From the NCBI GenBank assembly GCA_036796475.1, contig DAIRCW010000001.1, positions 2,127-66,126 on the forward strand: a stretch of 64,000 nt of DNA. Direction: 5' to 3'. The notes under the pieces are model-generated. The model was not told the DNA's origin and ran no database searches. It worked only from the letters and a program-made list of their open reading frames with translations. A program made the position numbers and the translations under genes. This DNA comes from Candidatus Acidiferrales bacterium. GTDB taxonomy: Bacteria; Acidobacteriota; Terriglobia; Acidiferrales; UBA7541. Shown here piece by piece: positions 9,097 through 18,981 of this stretch; position 1 is the stretch's first letter; each line of letters opens with the position of its first letter.

Positions 9097-11232
9097 ATGG
9101 CTCGCATAGTTCTCCCAGGAAAACCATACCCGCAGGGCGCGACGTGGGACGGTTCCGGCGTGAATTTCGCGCTGTATTCAGAAGCGGCGACGGCGGTGGA
9201 GCTTTGTCTTTTTTCTTCGAAGGACGACCGGAATCCGGAAGTGGTGAAATTGCCGGAGCAGACGGCGTTCGTCTGGCACGGGTACATTCCCGGAATTCAG
9301 GCGGGGCAGCTTTACGGATATCGCGTGCATGGGCCTTATGAGCCGGACAAGGGATTGCGCTTCAACGCCGCGAAATTGCTGATTGATCCGTACGCGACGG
9401 CCATTTGCGGCGAAGTAAATTGGAAGGCGCCAATTTTTCCGTACCGGCTGGGTAGTCCGGCGGGCGACGCGGAAGCCGACACGCGCGACAGCGCCTGGGG
9501 AATGCCGAAGTGCATCGTGGGGCATCCGCATTTTGACTGGGACGGCGACCGGCAACTGCGTATCCCGCTGAGCGATTCGATAATTTATGAAGTTCATGTG
9601 AAGGGATTCAGCTACCGGAAGCCGGATGTTCCGCAAGAACTGCGCGGCACTTATGCGGGGCTGGCCGCGCCGGCGAGCATCAGCTACTTGAAATCGCTGG
9701 GAATCACCGCGGTCGAATTAATGCCGATTCATGATTTTCTCGATGACAAGCATTTGGTAGATCGCGGGCTGAAAAATTATTGGGGCTACAACACGACGAA
9801 TTTTTTTGCGCCGGACGCCCGCTACTCCGCGTCGGGCGATTCGGGAAGCCAAGTGGCTGAATTCAAGTCCATGGTGAAGGCGCTGCATCGCGAGGGGCTG
9901 GAAGTGATTCTGGACGTGGTTTACAACCACACGTCTGAGGGCAATCGTTTGGGGCCGATGCTGAGCTTTCGTGGAATCGACAATCTGACGTATTACCGCG
10001 TTACTTCGGACAATCCGCGCTGCTACATGGATTACACCGGCACGGGGAACACGCTGAACGTGCGGCATCCACAGGTGTTGCGGCTGATTATGGATAGCCT
10101 GCGCTACTGGGCCACGGAAATGCATGTGGATGGATTCCGGTTCGATCTGGCGGCGGCCTTGGCGCGAGAATTGCACGATGTGGACCGGCTGTCAGCGTTT
10201 TTCGACGTGATTTATCAGGATCCGATCCTCTCGCAATTGAAATTGATTGCCGAACCCTGGGATGTAGGCGAGGGCGGCTATCAGGTGGGGAAGTTTCCAG
10301 TGTTGTGGGCGGAATGGAATGGAAAATACCGCGATACCGTCCGGCGCTTCTGGAAGGGCGACCACGGCCAACTGTCTGATCTCGCCTATCGTTTGATGGG
10401 CTCGAGCGACTTGTATCAGCGGGATGGAAGGCGTCCTTCGGCGAGCATTAATTTTGTGACCGCGCACGACGGATTCACGCTCAACGATCTGGTCAGCTAC
10501 AACGGAAAACACAACGAAGCCAATGGGGAGCAGAATCGCGACGGGTCGAATGAGAATTATTCGTGGAACATGGGCATGGAAGGGCCAACGGGCGACGGGA
10601 AGATCCTCGAGATGCGCGAGCGGCAGAAGAGGAATCTTCTCGCAACGCTTTTTCTTTCGCAGGGTGTGCCGATGCTGCTCGGCGGGGATGAAATCAGCCG
10701 CACGCAAAAGGGCAACAACAACGCGTACTGCCAGGATAATGAAACGACATGGTTCGACTGGAACTTGGATGAAAAGAAAAAGTCGCTCCTGGAATTTACG
10801 TCCGCGCTGATTCGCTTTCGTCTGGAGCATCCGAATTTTCACCGGCGAAAATTTTTTCAGGACCGCAGCATTCGCCGGGCGGAAGATCCCGATGTTCTGT
10901 GGCTGCGTCCTGACGGCAAGCAGATGAACGACGAGGAATGGGAGCAAGGCTGGCAGCGCTGCATCGGCGTGTTCCTCAACGGAAGAAAGCTGGCGGATGT
11001 CAGCTCCAACGCGCAGCCCGTGAAGGATGATGACTTCCTCATTCTGCTCAACTGCCATCATGAGCCGGTCGATTTTTTTCTGCCGGAACTGGAATCGGAC
11101 CGCAGCTGGGAAATGGTTTTCTATACGAAGAATCCGGCATTCGAGAAGACTCCTGCCCCTGTGTCGGTTGGGCAGTCCATCCCGCTGATTGAACGCTCGA
11201 TGGCGCTGCTTCGCGCGCGTAACGGGCACTAA
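9097..11232 (+). CDS. glgX: glycogen debranching enzyme GlgX (isoamylase-type GH13)
   Basis: N-terminus [28 protein letters not shown]13 blocks DVVYNHT, GFRFDLA, EPWD and [13 protein letters not shown] 9097 is preferred over GTG 9067. Confidence 0.9.
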   Translation: MARIVLPGKPYPQGATWDGSGVNFALYSEAATAVELCLFSSKDDRNPEVVKLPEQTAFVWHGYIPGIQAGQLYGYRVHGPYEPDKGLRFNAAKLLIDPYATAICGEVNWKAPIFPYRLGSPAGDAEADTRDSAWGMPKCIVGHPHFDWDGDRQLRIPLSDSIIYEVHVKGFSYRKPDVPQELRGTYAGLAAPASISYLKSLGITAVELMPIHDFLDDKHLVDRGLKNYWGYNTTNFFAPDARYSASGDSGSQVAEFKSMVKALHREGLEVILDVVYNHTSEGNRLGPMLSFRGIDNLTYYRVTSDNPRCYMDYTGTGNTLNVRHPQVLRLIMDSLRYWATEMHVDGFRFDLAAALARELHDVDRLSAFFDVIYQDPILSQLKLIAEPWDVGEGGYQVGKFPVLWAEWNGKYRDTVRRFWKGDHGQLSDLAYRLMGSSDLYQRDGRRPSASINFVTAHDGFTLNDLVSYNGKHNEANGEQNRDGSNENYSWNMGMEGPTGDGKILEMRERQKRNLLATLFLSQGVPMLLGGDEISRTQKGNNNAYCQDNETTWFDWNLDEKKKSLLEFTSALIRFRLEHPNFHRRKFFQDRSIRRAEDPDVLWLRPDGKQMNDEEWEQGWQRCIGVFLNGRKLADVSSNAQPVKDDDFLILLNCHHEPVDFFLPELESDRSWEMVFYTKNPAFEKTPAPVSVGQSIPLIERSMALLRARNGH

Positions 11233-11237
11233 GCCGC

Positions 11238-11276
11238 TTTCCGTATCGCGTTTCCGATAGTGCTTTCCGCATCGCG
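11238..11276. repeat. three tandem 13-nt units (TTTCCGTATCGCG / TTTCCGATAGTGC / TTTCCGCATCGCG)
   Basis: Read directly from the sequence, 6 nt after the glgX stop. Confidence 0.9.
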
Positions 11277-11369
11277 AACTGCACAAATTCAGACATTTTG
11301 GTTTATGATTCGCGGACTCGGCGAATCCGCGAGGCCGTCCTGTACGTCTGATTTGCGGAAGGAGAAGAG

Positions 11370-14111
11370 ATGAAGCGCTCAGCCCGGAGATTTTCGTATC
11401 GCTACCTTTTTTTTACGGCATTAGTCGTGGCCACGATGGCCATTGCAGCCGTGGCGTTCAGTTTATTTGTGCAGGCTTCGCCGAAGCCGGAGCAGTTTCC
11501 CGAGAGTAGTTCCACGGCGCAGAAGATACCCGCACCTGTGAGGCCGAATTTTGAGCTGGCGGCGCGCTTTGTTCCATCCGCGGTGAGCCGACTGGTTTTC
11601 GATACGAGAGTCGAGCCGCATTGGTTCGAGCTGTCGGACAAATTCTGGTACAGCTATGAAACGCCCGCGGGGACGCGCTACTGGATTGTCGATCCTGTGC
11701 GCCGGGTGAAGACTCCGCTCTTTGACAACGCCAAACTGGCGGCGCAGCTTTCCGTGCTCACGGACTTTCCGTACGATGCGCAGCATCTACCGATCAAAAA
11801 TCTGAAACTGGTGAAGAAAGATACTGCTCTGCAATTCGACATTGAAGTGGCAAACAATGCGGTGATTCCGAATGAACCAAAAAAGCAGGAGGACCACGAG
11901 GAGACAATTCAGGAAGGCGAAAACCAAAAGCAGCAGCAGCGGCAGAATCAGCAAGTCCAGGGCGAAGCGCAGAAGGAAAAGAAGCCGGAGACACGGAAGA
12001 TTTATTTCGAATACGATCTGGCGAGCGGGAAAGTGACGCGGCTTGATGGATTTGAGCCTCCTCCATCGAAGCCGATCTGGGCTGCGCTCTCGCCGGATGA
12101 AAAGACGGTGGTCTTCGCGCGCGGCGAAAATCTTTACATGATGGATGCCGCAAACTACGCGAAAGCGGCGAAAAATCCCGGCGACAAGTCCATCGTGGAG
12201 ACGCAACTCACAACCGATGGCGTGGAGAAATACAGTTACGCGCGCCATTTGGTTCCGGAGGAAATTGACGCGCTCAAGAAATATCAGAAGGGCGACACAA
12301 ACAAAGCGGGGCCGCGCGTGCCGGCTGTGCCGCTTTACTGGTCAAAGGATTCGAAAAAATTCGCACTGATTCGTTCGGACGAACGCAAGGTCGGCGATTT
12401 GTGGGTGATCCATACGCTGGGGAATCCGCGGCCGGTTTTGGAAACTTACAGTTACGCCATGGCCGGCGATGCGAACGCGCCGCAGGAAGAGATGATGGTG
12501 TTCGATACGGGCAGCAAGCAGCGCGTGATGCTGCAGACCGCGGGATTCAAAGATCAATCGCTTACGGTTGCCACCGACCGCACTCTGGCCCACGACCGCG
12601 AGCATGAAATCCAGGAATTGCAGGGCGAGCAGCGCAATTTCGGCGGATTTGGCGGGCCGCGCGTGACGCAAAAGTGGCTCTCGGATGCCTCGGACAAGAT
12701 CTACTTCATTCGCACCAGCCGGGATTCGCATCGCATCGACGTCTGCGTGGCCGACACCAGCACAGGCCAATCGAAGGTGCTCATCAAAGAGCGCTCGAAT
12801 CTCGATATGGACACCAAGCCGTTGCGGCAGGTGGGCAACGGTCGCGAATTGATCTGGTGGTCTGAGCGCGATGGCTGGGGACACTACTATCTTTACGACG
12901 CAGACGGAAATCTGAAAAATCAAATCACCTCAGGCGAGTACATGGCCGATGAAATTCTCGCGGTGGACGACAAAACGAATGAGATGTACTTCACCGCGAA
13001 CGGCCGTGAATCCGGCGAGGATCCGTATGAAAAACATCTCTATCGTGTGAATCTGGACGGCACAGGATTGAAGCTGCTGACTCCCGGGAATTTCAATCAC
13101 ACGGTCATTGCTTCGGATTCCGGCAAGTATTTCATCGACACATTTTCGCGCGTGGACACCGCGCCGATATCGGTGCTCTTCGACGAGCAGGGCGCGGAAC
13201 TGGCCAAGTTGGAGACGACGGACGTTTCGCGATTGCTTGCCGCGGGCTACAAGTATCCGGAACCGTTTCACGTCAAAGCCGGAGATGGAATCACGGATTT
13301 GTACGGCGTGATGATCAAGCCATTCGATTTTGATCCATCGCGGAAATATCCGGCGATTGAATACGTTTACCCCGGTCCGCAGACGGAGTCTGTGGAACGC
13401 TCGTTCAATCCCAAGGACCAGAACGTTGCGCTGGCGCAGCTCGGATTCATCGTGATTGAGGTGGGCAATCGCGGCGGCAGCCCGAACCGCGATAAATGGT
13501 ACGACAGCTACGGTTACGGCAATCTGCGCGATTACGGACTCGAAGACAAGAAAGCCGCGGCGGAAGAACTCGCAGCCACTTATCCATTTATCGACATCAA
13601 TCGCGTGGGCATGTGGGGACACTCCGGCGGCGGATTCATGACCGCAGCATCGCTCTTGCAATATCCCGACTTTTTCAAAGTGGGCTGGTCGGAATCAGGG
13701 AACCACGAGAACAACGTCTACAACAAATATTGGAGCGAGAAGTACAGCGGGATCGAGGAGGTGGATCAGAAGGACGGCTCGGCGAAGTTCGTCTACAAAA
13801 TCGAGAAGAACTCCGAGCTGGCGAAAAATCTCAAAGGCCACCTGATGCTCACCACCGGCGACATGGATAACAACGTTCACATGGCCAACACCATGCGGCT
13901 GGCGCAGGCGTTGATTAAGGCGGACAAGCGGTTCGACATGTTCGTCTTCCCGGGATTGCGGCACAGCTACATGCCGGATGCGGAGTATGTTTTCTGGATG
14001 CGAGCGAATTATTTCTGCCGATGGCTGCTTGGCTCATCGGAAACAGGGCCCGATGTGCTGGAGCTGGCGCGCGAGCATCAGGCGACGCCTAGCGATAAGT
14101 GGAATCCATAG
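11370..14111 (+). CDS. S9-family serine peptidase, dipeptidyl-peptidase IV-like (beta-propeller + alpha/beta hydrolase)
   Basis: Signal/TM N-terminus, long propeller region, catalytic GWGHSGGGFM (GxSxGG), and downstream D and H regions (GDMDNNVH...RHSY). Good GGAGAAG RBS. Confidence 0.85.
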   Translation: MKRSARRFSYRYLFFTALVVATMAIAAVAFSLFVQASPKPEQFPESSSTAQKIPAPVRPNFELAARFVPSAVSRLVFDTRVEPHWFELSDKFWYSYETPAGTRYWIVDPVRRVKTPLFDNAKLAAQLSVLTDFPYDAQHLPIKNLKLVKKDTALQFDIEVANNAVIPNEPKKQEDHEETIQEGENQKQQQRQNQQVQGEAQKEKKPETRKIYFEYDLASGKVTRLDGFEPPPSKPIWAALSPDEKTVVFARGENLYMMDAANYAKAAKNPGDKSIVETQLTTDGVEKYSYARHLVPEEIDALKKYQKGDTNKAGPRVPAVPLYWSKDSKKFALIRSDERKVGDLWVIHTLGNPRPVLETYSYAMAGDANAPQEEMMVFDTGSKQRVMLQTAGFKDQSLTVATDRTLAHDREHEIQELQGEQRNFGGFGGPRVTQKWLSDASDKIYFIRTSRDSHRIDVCVADTSTGQSKVLIKERSNLDMDTKPLRQVGNGRELIWWSERDGWGHYYLYDADGNLKNQITSGEYMADEILAVDDKTNEMYFTANGRESGEDPYEKHLYRVNLDGTGLKLLTPGNFNHTVIASDSGKYFIDTFSRVDTAPISVLFDEQGAELAKLETTDVSRLLAAGYKYPEPFHVKAGDGITDLYGVMIKPFDFDPSRKYPAIEYVYPGPQTESVERSFNPKDQNVALAQLGFIVIEVGNRGGSPNRDKWYDSYGYGNLRDYGLEDKKAAAEELAATYPFIDINRVGMWGHSGGGFMTAASLLQYPDFFKVGWSESGNHENNVYNKYWSEKYSGIEEVDQKDGSAKFVYKIEKNSELAKNLKGHLMLTTGDMDNNVHMANTMRLAQALIKADKRFDMFVFPGLRHSYMPDAEYVFWMRANYFCRWLLGSSETGPDVLELAREHQATPSDKWNP

Positions 14112-14133
14112 ATCTGTGCCGTACGGAGCTGTG

Positions 14134-14880
14134 CTAGGACCGCTCGCGGCGGGCGAGGACTTTTTTTAGAACAGCGGAAGCGAGCGCTTGAAGCTCGGAT
14201 TCGAATTGTGCAGCAGCGTGGCGGCTCTGGTCGAGCATGGGAGAATCGAGAAGGAATCCGCAGCGATCGACAAATGGCCCACGCGGTGAAGAAAGCGCGC
14301 GGGTGCGCGGCGGCTCCGATGACCGCGCGTGGGTGCGAAGCGAACGATAGACCTCCAGATCGCGAACGAACTCAGCGAAGTCCTCGCTCGAATAATCGAG
14401 GCAGCGTCCCAGCGCGTAGTAAAATTCGTTGCGGAATAGGTTCTCCAAATCGAATTGCTCAACGCTCGTTTGGCGGCCGATTTTTGAGCCGAACCGCCGG
14501 CCGGCTTCCGATTCGATTTGCAAGGCAAGTACGAGGAAAGATTCACGGCGAACTGTCTGTATGAGTTCGCGAAAGCGGCCCGGATCGGCAATTCTTCCGG
14601 GCCGTTTTTTCTCTTGTGCATAGCGGCGAAGGAATTTCGGCACGACCTCGCCGCGGTCCATTGATGTAGTCAGCTGAAATGCGGTCTCCTGCGCGCGAAC
14701 GGCTACTTGCCGCGGGGAAATGGATGGGACACGCAGGCGTTTCCGGGAAAGCTTTCGCGGGCGAGCGGGCGCACGGCGCGGGTGGCTCTTGCGCTTGGAA
14801 ACTTTTGCGCGACTGACACGCTTTTTGGCGCGAGGCCCAATTTTGTGCTTTCGCGCGCGTTTTTTTGTCCGGTTAGACAA
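14134..14880 (-). CDS. hypothetical protein with extremely basic N-terminal tail
   Basis: 248 aa. The first ~60 residues are dominated by K/R (MSNRTKKRARKHKIGPRAKKRVSRAKVSKRKSHPRRAPARPRKLSRKRLR). The remainder looks globular, with no motif recognised. Confidence 0.5.
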   Translation of the reverse strand: MSNRTKKRARKHKIGPRAKKRVSRAKVSKRKSHPRRAPARPRKLSRKRLRVPSISPRQVAVRAQETAFQLTTSMDRGEVVPKFLRRYAQEKKRPGRIADPGRFRELIQTVRRESFLVLALQIESEAGRRFGSKIGRQTSVEQFDLENLFRNEFYYALGRCLDYSSEDFAEFVRDLEVYRSLRTHARSSEPPRTRALSSPRGPFVDRCGFLLDSPMLDQSRHAAAQFESELQALASAVLKKVLARRERS

Positions 14881-14900
14881 GCCGCTGATTCGCCTCCGTG

Positions 14901-14935
14901 CAAACGAAAAGCCCGGCGGGCTTCACCGGGCTTCT
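14901..14935 (-). terminator. putative rho-independent terminator downstream of lon
   Basis: The minus strand reads GAAGCCCGG-TGAAGCCCG-CCGGGCTT followed by TTCGTTTG. Confidence 0.45.
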
Positions 14936-14988
14936 CATCATACATCTGCCTTTAACTGAACAGCCGCTATTCGGTTCCGCCGTGCGAA

Positions 14989-17403
14989 TTAGTGAATCGG
15001 CGGCGCTGGCGGGCGATGCTCGGGCCGCATGGGCGCCACGGGAGCCTGCCATGCTTCACTGCCGGAGAGCGCGATGCGCAGAGCTTCATCCACCGTGTGC
15101 ACAAAGTGAATCTTCAATCCGCCGAGCAGATTCTCCGGCAGATCTTCCTTCACGTTCGGTTCGTTTTCCGCCGGCAAAATCACTTCAGCGATTCCGGCGC
15201 GCTTCGCTCCAAGCACTTTTTCCTTGATGCCGCCGACCGGCAGCACCACGCCGGTGAGCGAAATTTCGCCGGTCATGGCCACGCGCGGTCGAACCGAGTG
15301 CCCGCTCAGCAAACTGACGAGCGCGGTGACCATGGCCACACCGGCTGACGGGCCATCCTTTGGAATCGCGCCGGACGGAACGTGAATGTGCAGGTCCTGC
15401 TTGCGGAAGAAATCCGGATCGATTCCGTAGCGTTCAGCGTTTGCGCGAACCCACGAAAGCGCCGCGCGCATGGACTCTTGCATCACTTCGCCGAGATGCC
15501 CGGTCATGGTGAACTGTTTTCCGCCGCGCATGCTGCTGGCTTCGACGAAGACGATGTCGCCGCCGGCGGGCGTCCAGACCAGTCCAACGGAAACGCCGGG
15601 AACGGCAACGCGCTCCTCGACTTCGCGCTCGACATGTATTTTCGGAACGCCGAGCACTTCGCGGACTCGCTCCGGAGTGACCACGAATTTTTCGAGATTG
15701 CCTTCGGCGATGCGCCGCGCCTGTTTGCGCACGAGCGTGGCTATTTCGCGTTCGAGGCTGCGGACGCCTGCTTCTCGCGTGTAGCCGTGAATGATTTCGC
15801 GAAGGCCTTCGTCGGAGAATTCGATTTGCTCGCCGGCCTTGAGGCCGTTTTCTGAGCACTGCCGCGGAATCAAGAAGCGCTTGGCGATATGGATTTTCTC
15901 GTCCTCGGTGTAGCCGGGAAGTTCGAGAATTTCCATGCGGTCACGCAGCGGCTCAGGAATCGGGTCCATCCAGTTGGCCGTGGCGATGAAGAGCACTTTC
16001 GAGAGATCGAACGGCACGTCCAGATAATGGTCGCGGAACGTAGCGTTCTGCTCTGGATCGAGCACTTCCATCAACGCCGCGGAGGGATCGCCGCGGAAGT
16101 CGCGTCCTAGTTTGTCTACTTCGTCGAGCATGCAGACCGGATCGTTGGTTTCGGCACGGCGGATGCCCTGAATAATTTGTCCGGGCAGCGCGCCGATGTA
16201 TGTGCGGCGATGGCCGCGAATTTCCGCTTCGTCATGCATGCCGCCAAGCGAGATGCGCACGAACTTGCGTCCCAGCGCGCGCGCAATGGACTTGCCCAGC
16301 GATGTTTTGCCCACTCCCGGAGGCCCAAGGAAACAAAGAATGGGCCCTTTCATTCCCGGCTGCAGTTTTTTGACGGCAAGGTAATCGAGAATGCGCTGCT
16401 TTACTTTCTCGAGATCGTAATGATCTTCATCGAGAATCCCTTGCGACTTGGGAATGTCGATGTCTTCCGCGCCGGAGGATTTTGCCCACGGAAGAGAGGT
16501 CATCCATTCCAGGTAAGTGCGCGAGACCATGTATTCCGCCGAGGCGGGAGTCATGCGCGAGAGGCGCTTCAATTCGCGCTCGCATTCCTTCTTGGCCTCG
16601 GCGGACATGCCGGAGGATTCCACTTTTTCGCGCAGCTCCGAAATTTCGGCCTGTGTGTCGTCGGTGTCTCCGAGTTCCTTCTGAATCGCTTTCATCTGCT
16701 CGCGCAGGAGGAACTCGCGCTGGGACTGATTCACCTGTTCCTGAACTTGCTCGTGAATCTTGGCGCGCAATTCGAGGACTTCTTTTTCTTTGGTCAGCTC
16801 GCGAATCAGGAGTTCCAGGCGCTTGCGCACGCTGGGCGTTTCCAGCAGTTCCTGGCGAAGCAGCGTGTTGAGTGAAGGGAGAGTGCCGGCGATGAAATCG
16901 GCGAGCTGGCTCGGAGATTCCATGTTGTTCGCGACGCCCTGCAGATCATCGGAAAGCTGCGGCGAGCGAGAGACCACATCGCGAAAAAGTTCCTGCGCAT
17001 TGCGATAAAGCGCGGTGATTTCGGCTTCCGGCTCTTCGTCGGTATCGGCCATCTCTTGCACACGTGCGCGCAAAAATGGCTTCAGCCCGACGACTTCCAT
17101 AACGCGCAGGCGCCGAACGCCTTCGAGGAATACAACCATGTTTCCATTGGGCGTGCGCACCATTTTGTGGACTTTGCCAACGGTTCCGACGGAATGGAGG
17201 TCGGTGCCAACGGGATCCTCGATGCGCGGATCGAGTTGGGCGACGACGCCCAGAATCTTTTCCTCTCCCTGCAGCGAATCCAACAGAGCCAGGGAGCTCT
17301 CGCGTCCTACAGTCAGCGGAATTACCGCCCCCGGAAAGAGTACAGTGTCGCGCAAGGGCAGGATGGGCAGTTCCGCCGGCAAACTGTATTGTGATTTAGC
17401 CAT
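14989..17403 (-). CDS. lon: ATP-dependent Lon protease (endopeptidase La)
   Basis: Lon N-domain start LPILPLRDTVLFPG, Walker A GPPGVGKTS, and protease motif PKDGPSAGVAM. Confidence 0.97.
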   Translation of the reverse strand: MAKSQYSLPAELPILPLRDTVLFPGAVIPLTVGRESSLALLDSLQGEEKILGVVAQLDPRIEDPVGTDLHSVGTVGKVHKMVRTPNGNMVVFLEGVRRLRVMEVVGLKPFLRARVQEMADTDEEPEAEITALYRNAQELFRDVVSRSPQLSDDLQGVANNMESPSQLADFIAGTLPSLNTLLRQELLETPSVRKRLELLIRELTKEKEVLELRAKIHEQVQEQVNQSQREFLLREQMKAIQKELGDTDDTQAEISELREKVESSGMSAEAKKECERELKRLSRMTPASAEYMVSRTYLEWMTSLPWAKSSGAEDIDIPKSQGILDEDHYDLEKVKQRILDYLAVKKLQPGMKGPILCFLGPPGVGKTSLGKSIARALGRKFVRISLGGMHDEAEIRGHRRTYIGALPGQIIQGIRRAETNDPVCMLDEVDKLGRDFRGDPSAALMEVLDPEQNATFRDHYLDVPFDLSKVLFIATANWMDPIPEPLRDRMEILELPGYTEDEKIHIAKRFLIPRQCSENGLKAGEQIEFSDEGLREIIHGYTREAGVRSLEREIATLVRKQARRIAEGNLEKFVVTPERVREVLGVPKIHVEREVEERVAVPGVSVGLVWTPAGGDIVFVEASSMRGGKQFTMTGHLGEVMQESMRAALSWVRANAERYGIDPDFFRKQDLHIHVPSGAIPKDGPSAGVAMVTALVSLLSGHSVRPRVAMTGEISLTGVVLPVGGIKEKVLGAKRAGIAEVILPAENEPNVKEDLPENLLGGLKIHFVHTVDEALRIALSGSEAWQAPVAPMRPEHRPPAPPIH

Positions 17404-17508
17404 TAGAGTGCCTTTCTTTGCTCCAAGCCGCCAAACAGGGCGGCACCTCCATAGGATGCTCGAACGAGAGAAATGGTAGCATCTTCATGTCATAATCATT
17501 GTCACCAA

Positions 17509-17537
17509 ATATTAGTATATTGCACTCAATGTGTCAA
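17509..17537 (-). promoter_or_regulatory. candidate sigma70-type promoter for lon (TTGACA-17 nt-TAATAT)
   Basis: On the minus strand, TTGACA lies at 17537-17532 and TAATAT at 17514-17509, with an exact 17-nt spacer. It sits in an AT-rich gap between the cca stop and the lon start. Confidence 0.4.
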
Positions 17538-17559
17538 ACATGCTTTAAAGTGCTGCACA

Positions 17560-18900
17560 TCAATTAGTTGCGCTTCTAACCGGCCGGAACTCCCGCTGAA
17601 CAAGGCGTCTGGCGTCTTCCGCTGTGGCGATCCGCCCCTCCAATTGCGCATCCTCCACAAACGCCAATATCTCCTTGAATTTAGGGCCGGGCTGGAAGCC
17701 CATCTGTTTCAAATCTTCGCCGCTAAGGAGCCGGGGAGGGCGAACCTCCTGCGGCGGGGTTTTCTCCAGAAAGGCTTGGACGAAATCATAGCTCGACAGG
17801 CTGCCATGGCTGGAGAGGCAGTCGAGGCGATGCAGTTCGAGGTGTTCCTCAAAATGCGTCAGGCGCGCAAAGCGCTTAAGAGTCGAATCGCGCATCTGCG
17901 GCACGTCCTTGAAGCGCATGTGATTTGCCACCAGCGCGGCGATCTGCTCGGTATCGTCGTTCGAGAAGCGGAAACGCCGGCAAATTTCCTCGGCCACGCG
18001 AACGCCAACTTCCACGTGTTCATCGAAGCGAATGCGATCGTTCGGGCCCGACGGAGGGCGAAACGTCGGCGGTTTTCCCACATCGTGGAGGAGGACGCCC
18101 CAGGCGAGCGTCCGTGGCGCACCGGCGGGAAGTTTTTCCAGCATCAGCCGAGTGTGCCTCCAAACGTCGCCTTCAGGATGGAACTGCGGCGGCTGCGGCA
18201 CGCCTTTCATTTTGGCGACCTCGGGCAAAAGTTCGAGCAGCAGGCCGGTTTCGTCGAGCAACTCGAATGCACGGCGCGCGGCGCCTTCGGTGAGCATTTT
18301 GGTCAGCTCATCGCGCAGGCGCTCCTGCGACACCTGGCCGATTTTTGCCGCGAGCTTTTGAATCGCGGCGAAGGTGCGCGGCTCGATGGTGTAGCCGAAC
18401 CGCGCGGCAAAGCGCACTCCTCGCGCCATGCGCAATTTGTCCTCTTCGAAACGCAGTTCCGGTTGGCCGATGGCGCGGATGATTCGCGCTTTTATGTCTG
18501 CCTGCCCGCCAACATAGTCGAGAATGCGTCCGTCGCGCGGGTCCATGAGCAGGCCATTCACGGTGAAATCGCGGCGCCGCACGTCCTGTTCCGGTGAGGA
18601 CGAAAATTCGACGCGCTCCGGATGGCGCCCGTCCGCTGAACCAATATCCGAGCGGAAAGTAGCCACTTCGACCTGCGTGGAATCTTCAAAGACGACAATT
18701 ACTCCGAATTGCGCGCCGACGGCGAGGCTTCCAGGAAAAAGTTGCTGCACGCGCTCAGGCGTGGCATCCGTGCAGATGTCGTAATCCGCGGGTTCGCGGC
18801 CAAGAATCAGATCGCGCACACAACCGCCGTTGAATAGCGCCTTATAACCCGCTTCGCGCAAGCGCGCGCAAATGCTCTCGGCGAGTTCGCGTGCGTTCAT
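17560..18900 (-). CDS. cca: CCA-adding tRNA nucleotidyltransferase with HD domain
   Basis: Pol-beta nucleotidyltransferase motif NGGCVRDLILGREPADYDI, RRDFTVN, and HD motif LLHDVGKP. Confidence 0.85.
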   Translation of the reverse strand: MNARELAESICARLREAGYKALFNGGCVRDLILGREPADYDICTDATPERVQQLFPGSLAVGAQFGVIVVFEDSTQVEVATFRSDIGSADGRHPERVEFSSSPEQDVRRRDFTVNGLLMDPRDGRILDYVGGQADIKARIIRAIGQPELRFEEDKLRMARGVRFAARFGYTIEPRTFAAIQKLAAKIGQVSQERLRDELTKMLTEGAARRAFELLDETGLLLELLPEVAKMKGVPQPPQFHPEGDVWRHTRLMLEKLPAGAPRTLAWGVLLHDVGKPPTFRPPSGPNDRIRFDEHVEVGVRVAEEICRRFRFSNDDTEQIAALVANHMRFKDVPQMRDSTLKRFARLTHFEEHLELHRLDCLSSHGSLSSYDFVQAFLEKTPPQEVRPPRLLSGEDLKQMGFQPGPKFKEILAFVEDAQLEGRIATAEDARRLVQREFRPVRSATN

Positions 18901-18981
18901 AAGGAAATTATGAGCCTCGAATTCAGCGGGGGCAAATGAACGTGCGCAATGTGACGACTGGCCGAGTGGCCGAACGGCAAG

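Noticed and set aside
10192-11286. A 364-aa minus-strand ORF inside glgX.
   Set aside because: It is a shadow ORF. The plus strand carries the complete set of GH13 GlgX blocks.
17473-18597. A 374-aa plus-strand ORF opposite cca.
   Set aside because: It has no motifs and a biased composition. The opposite strand has clear CCA-adding enzyme and HD motifs.
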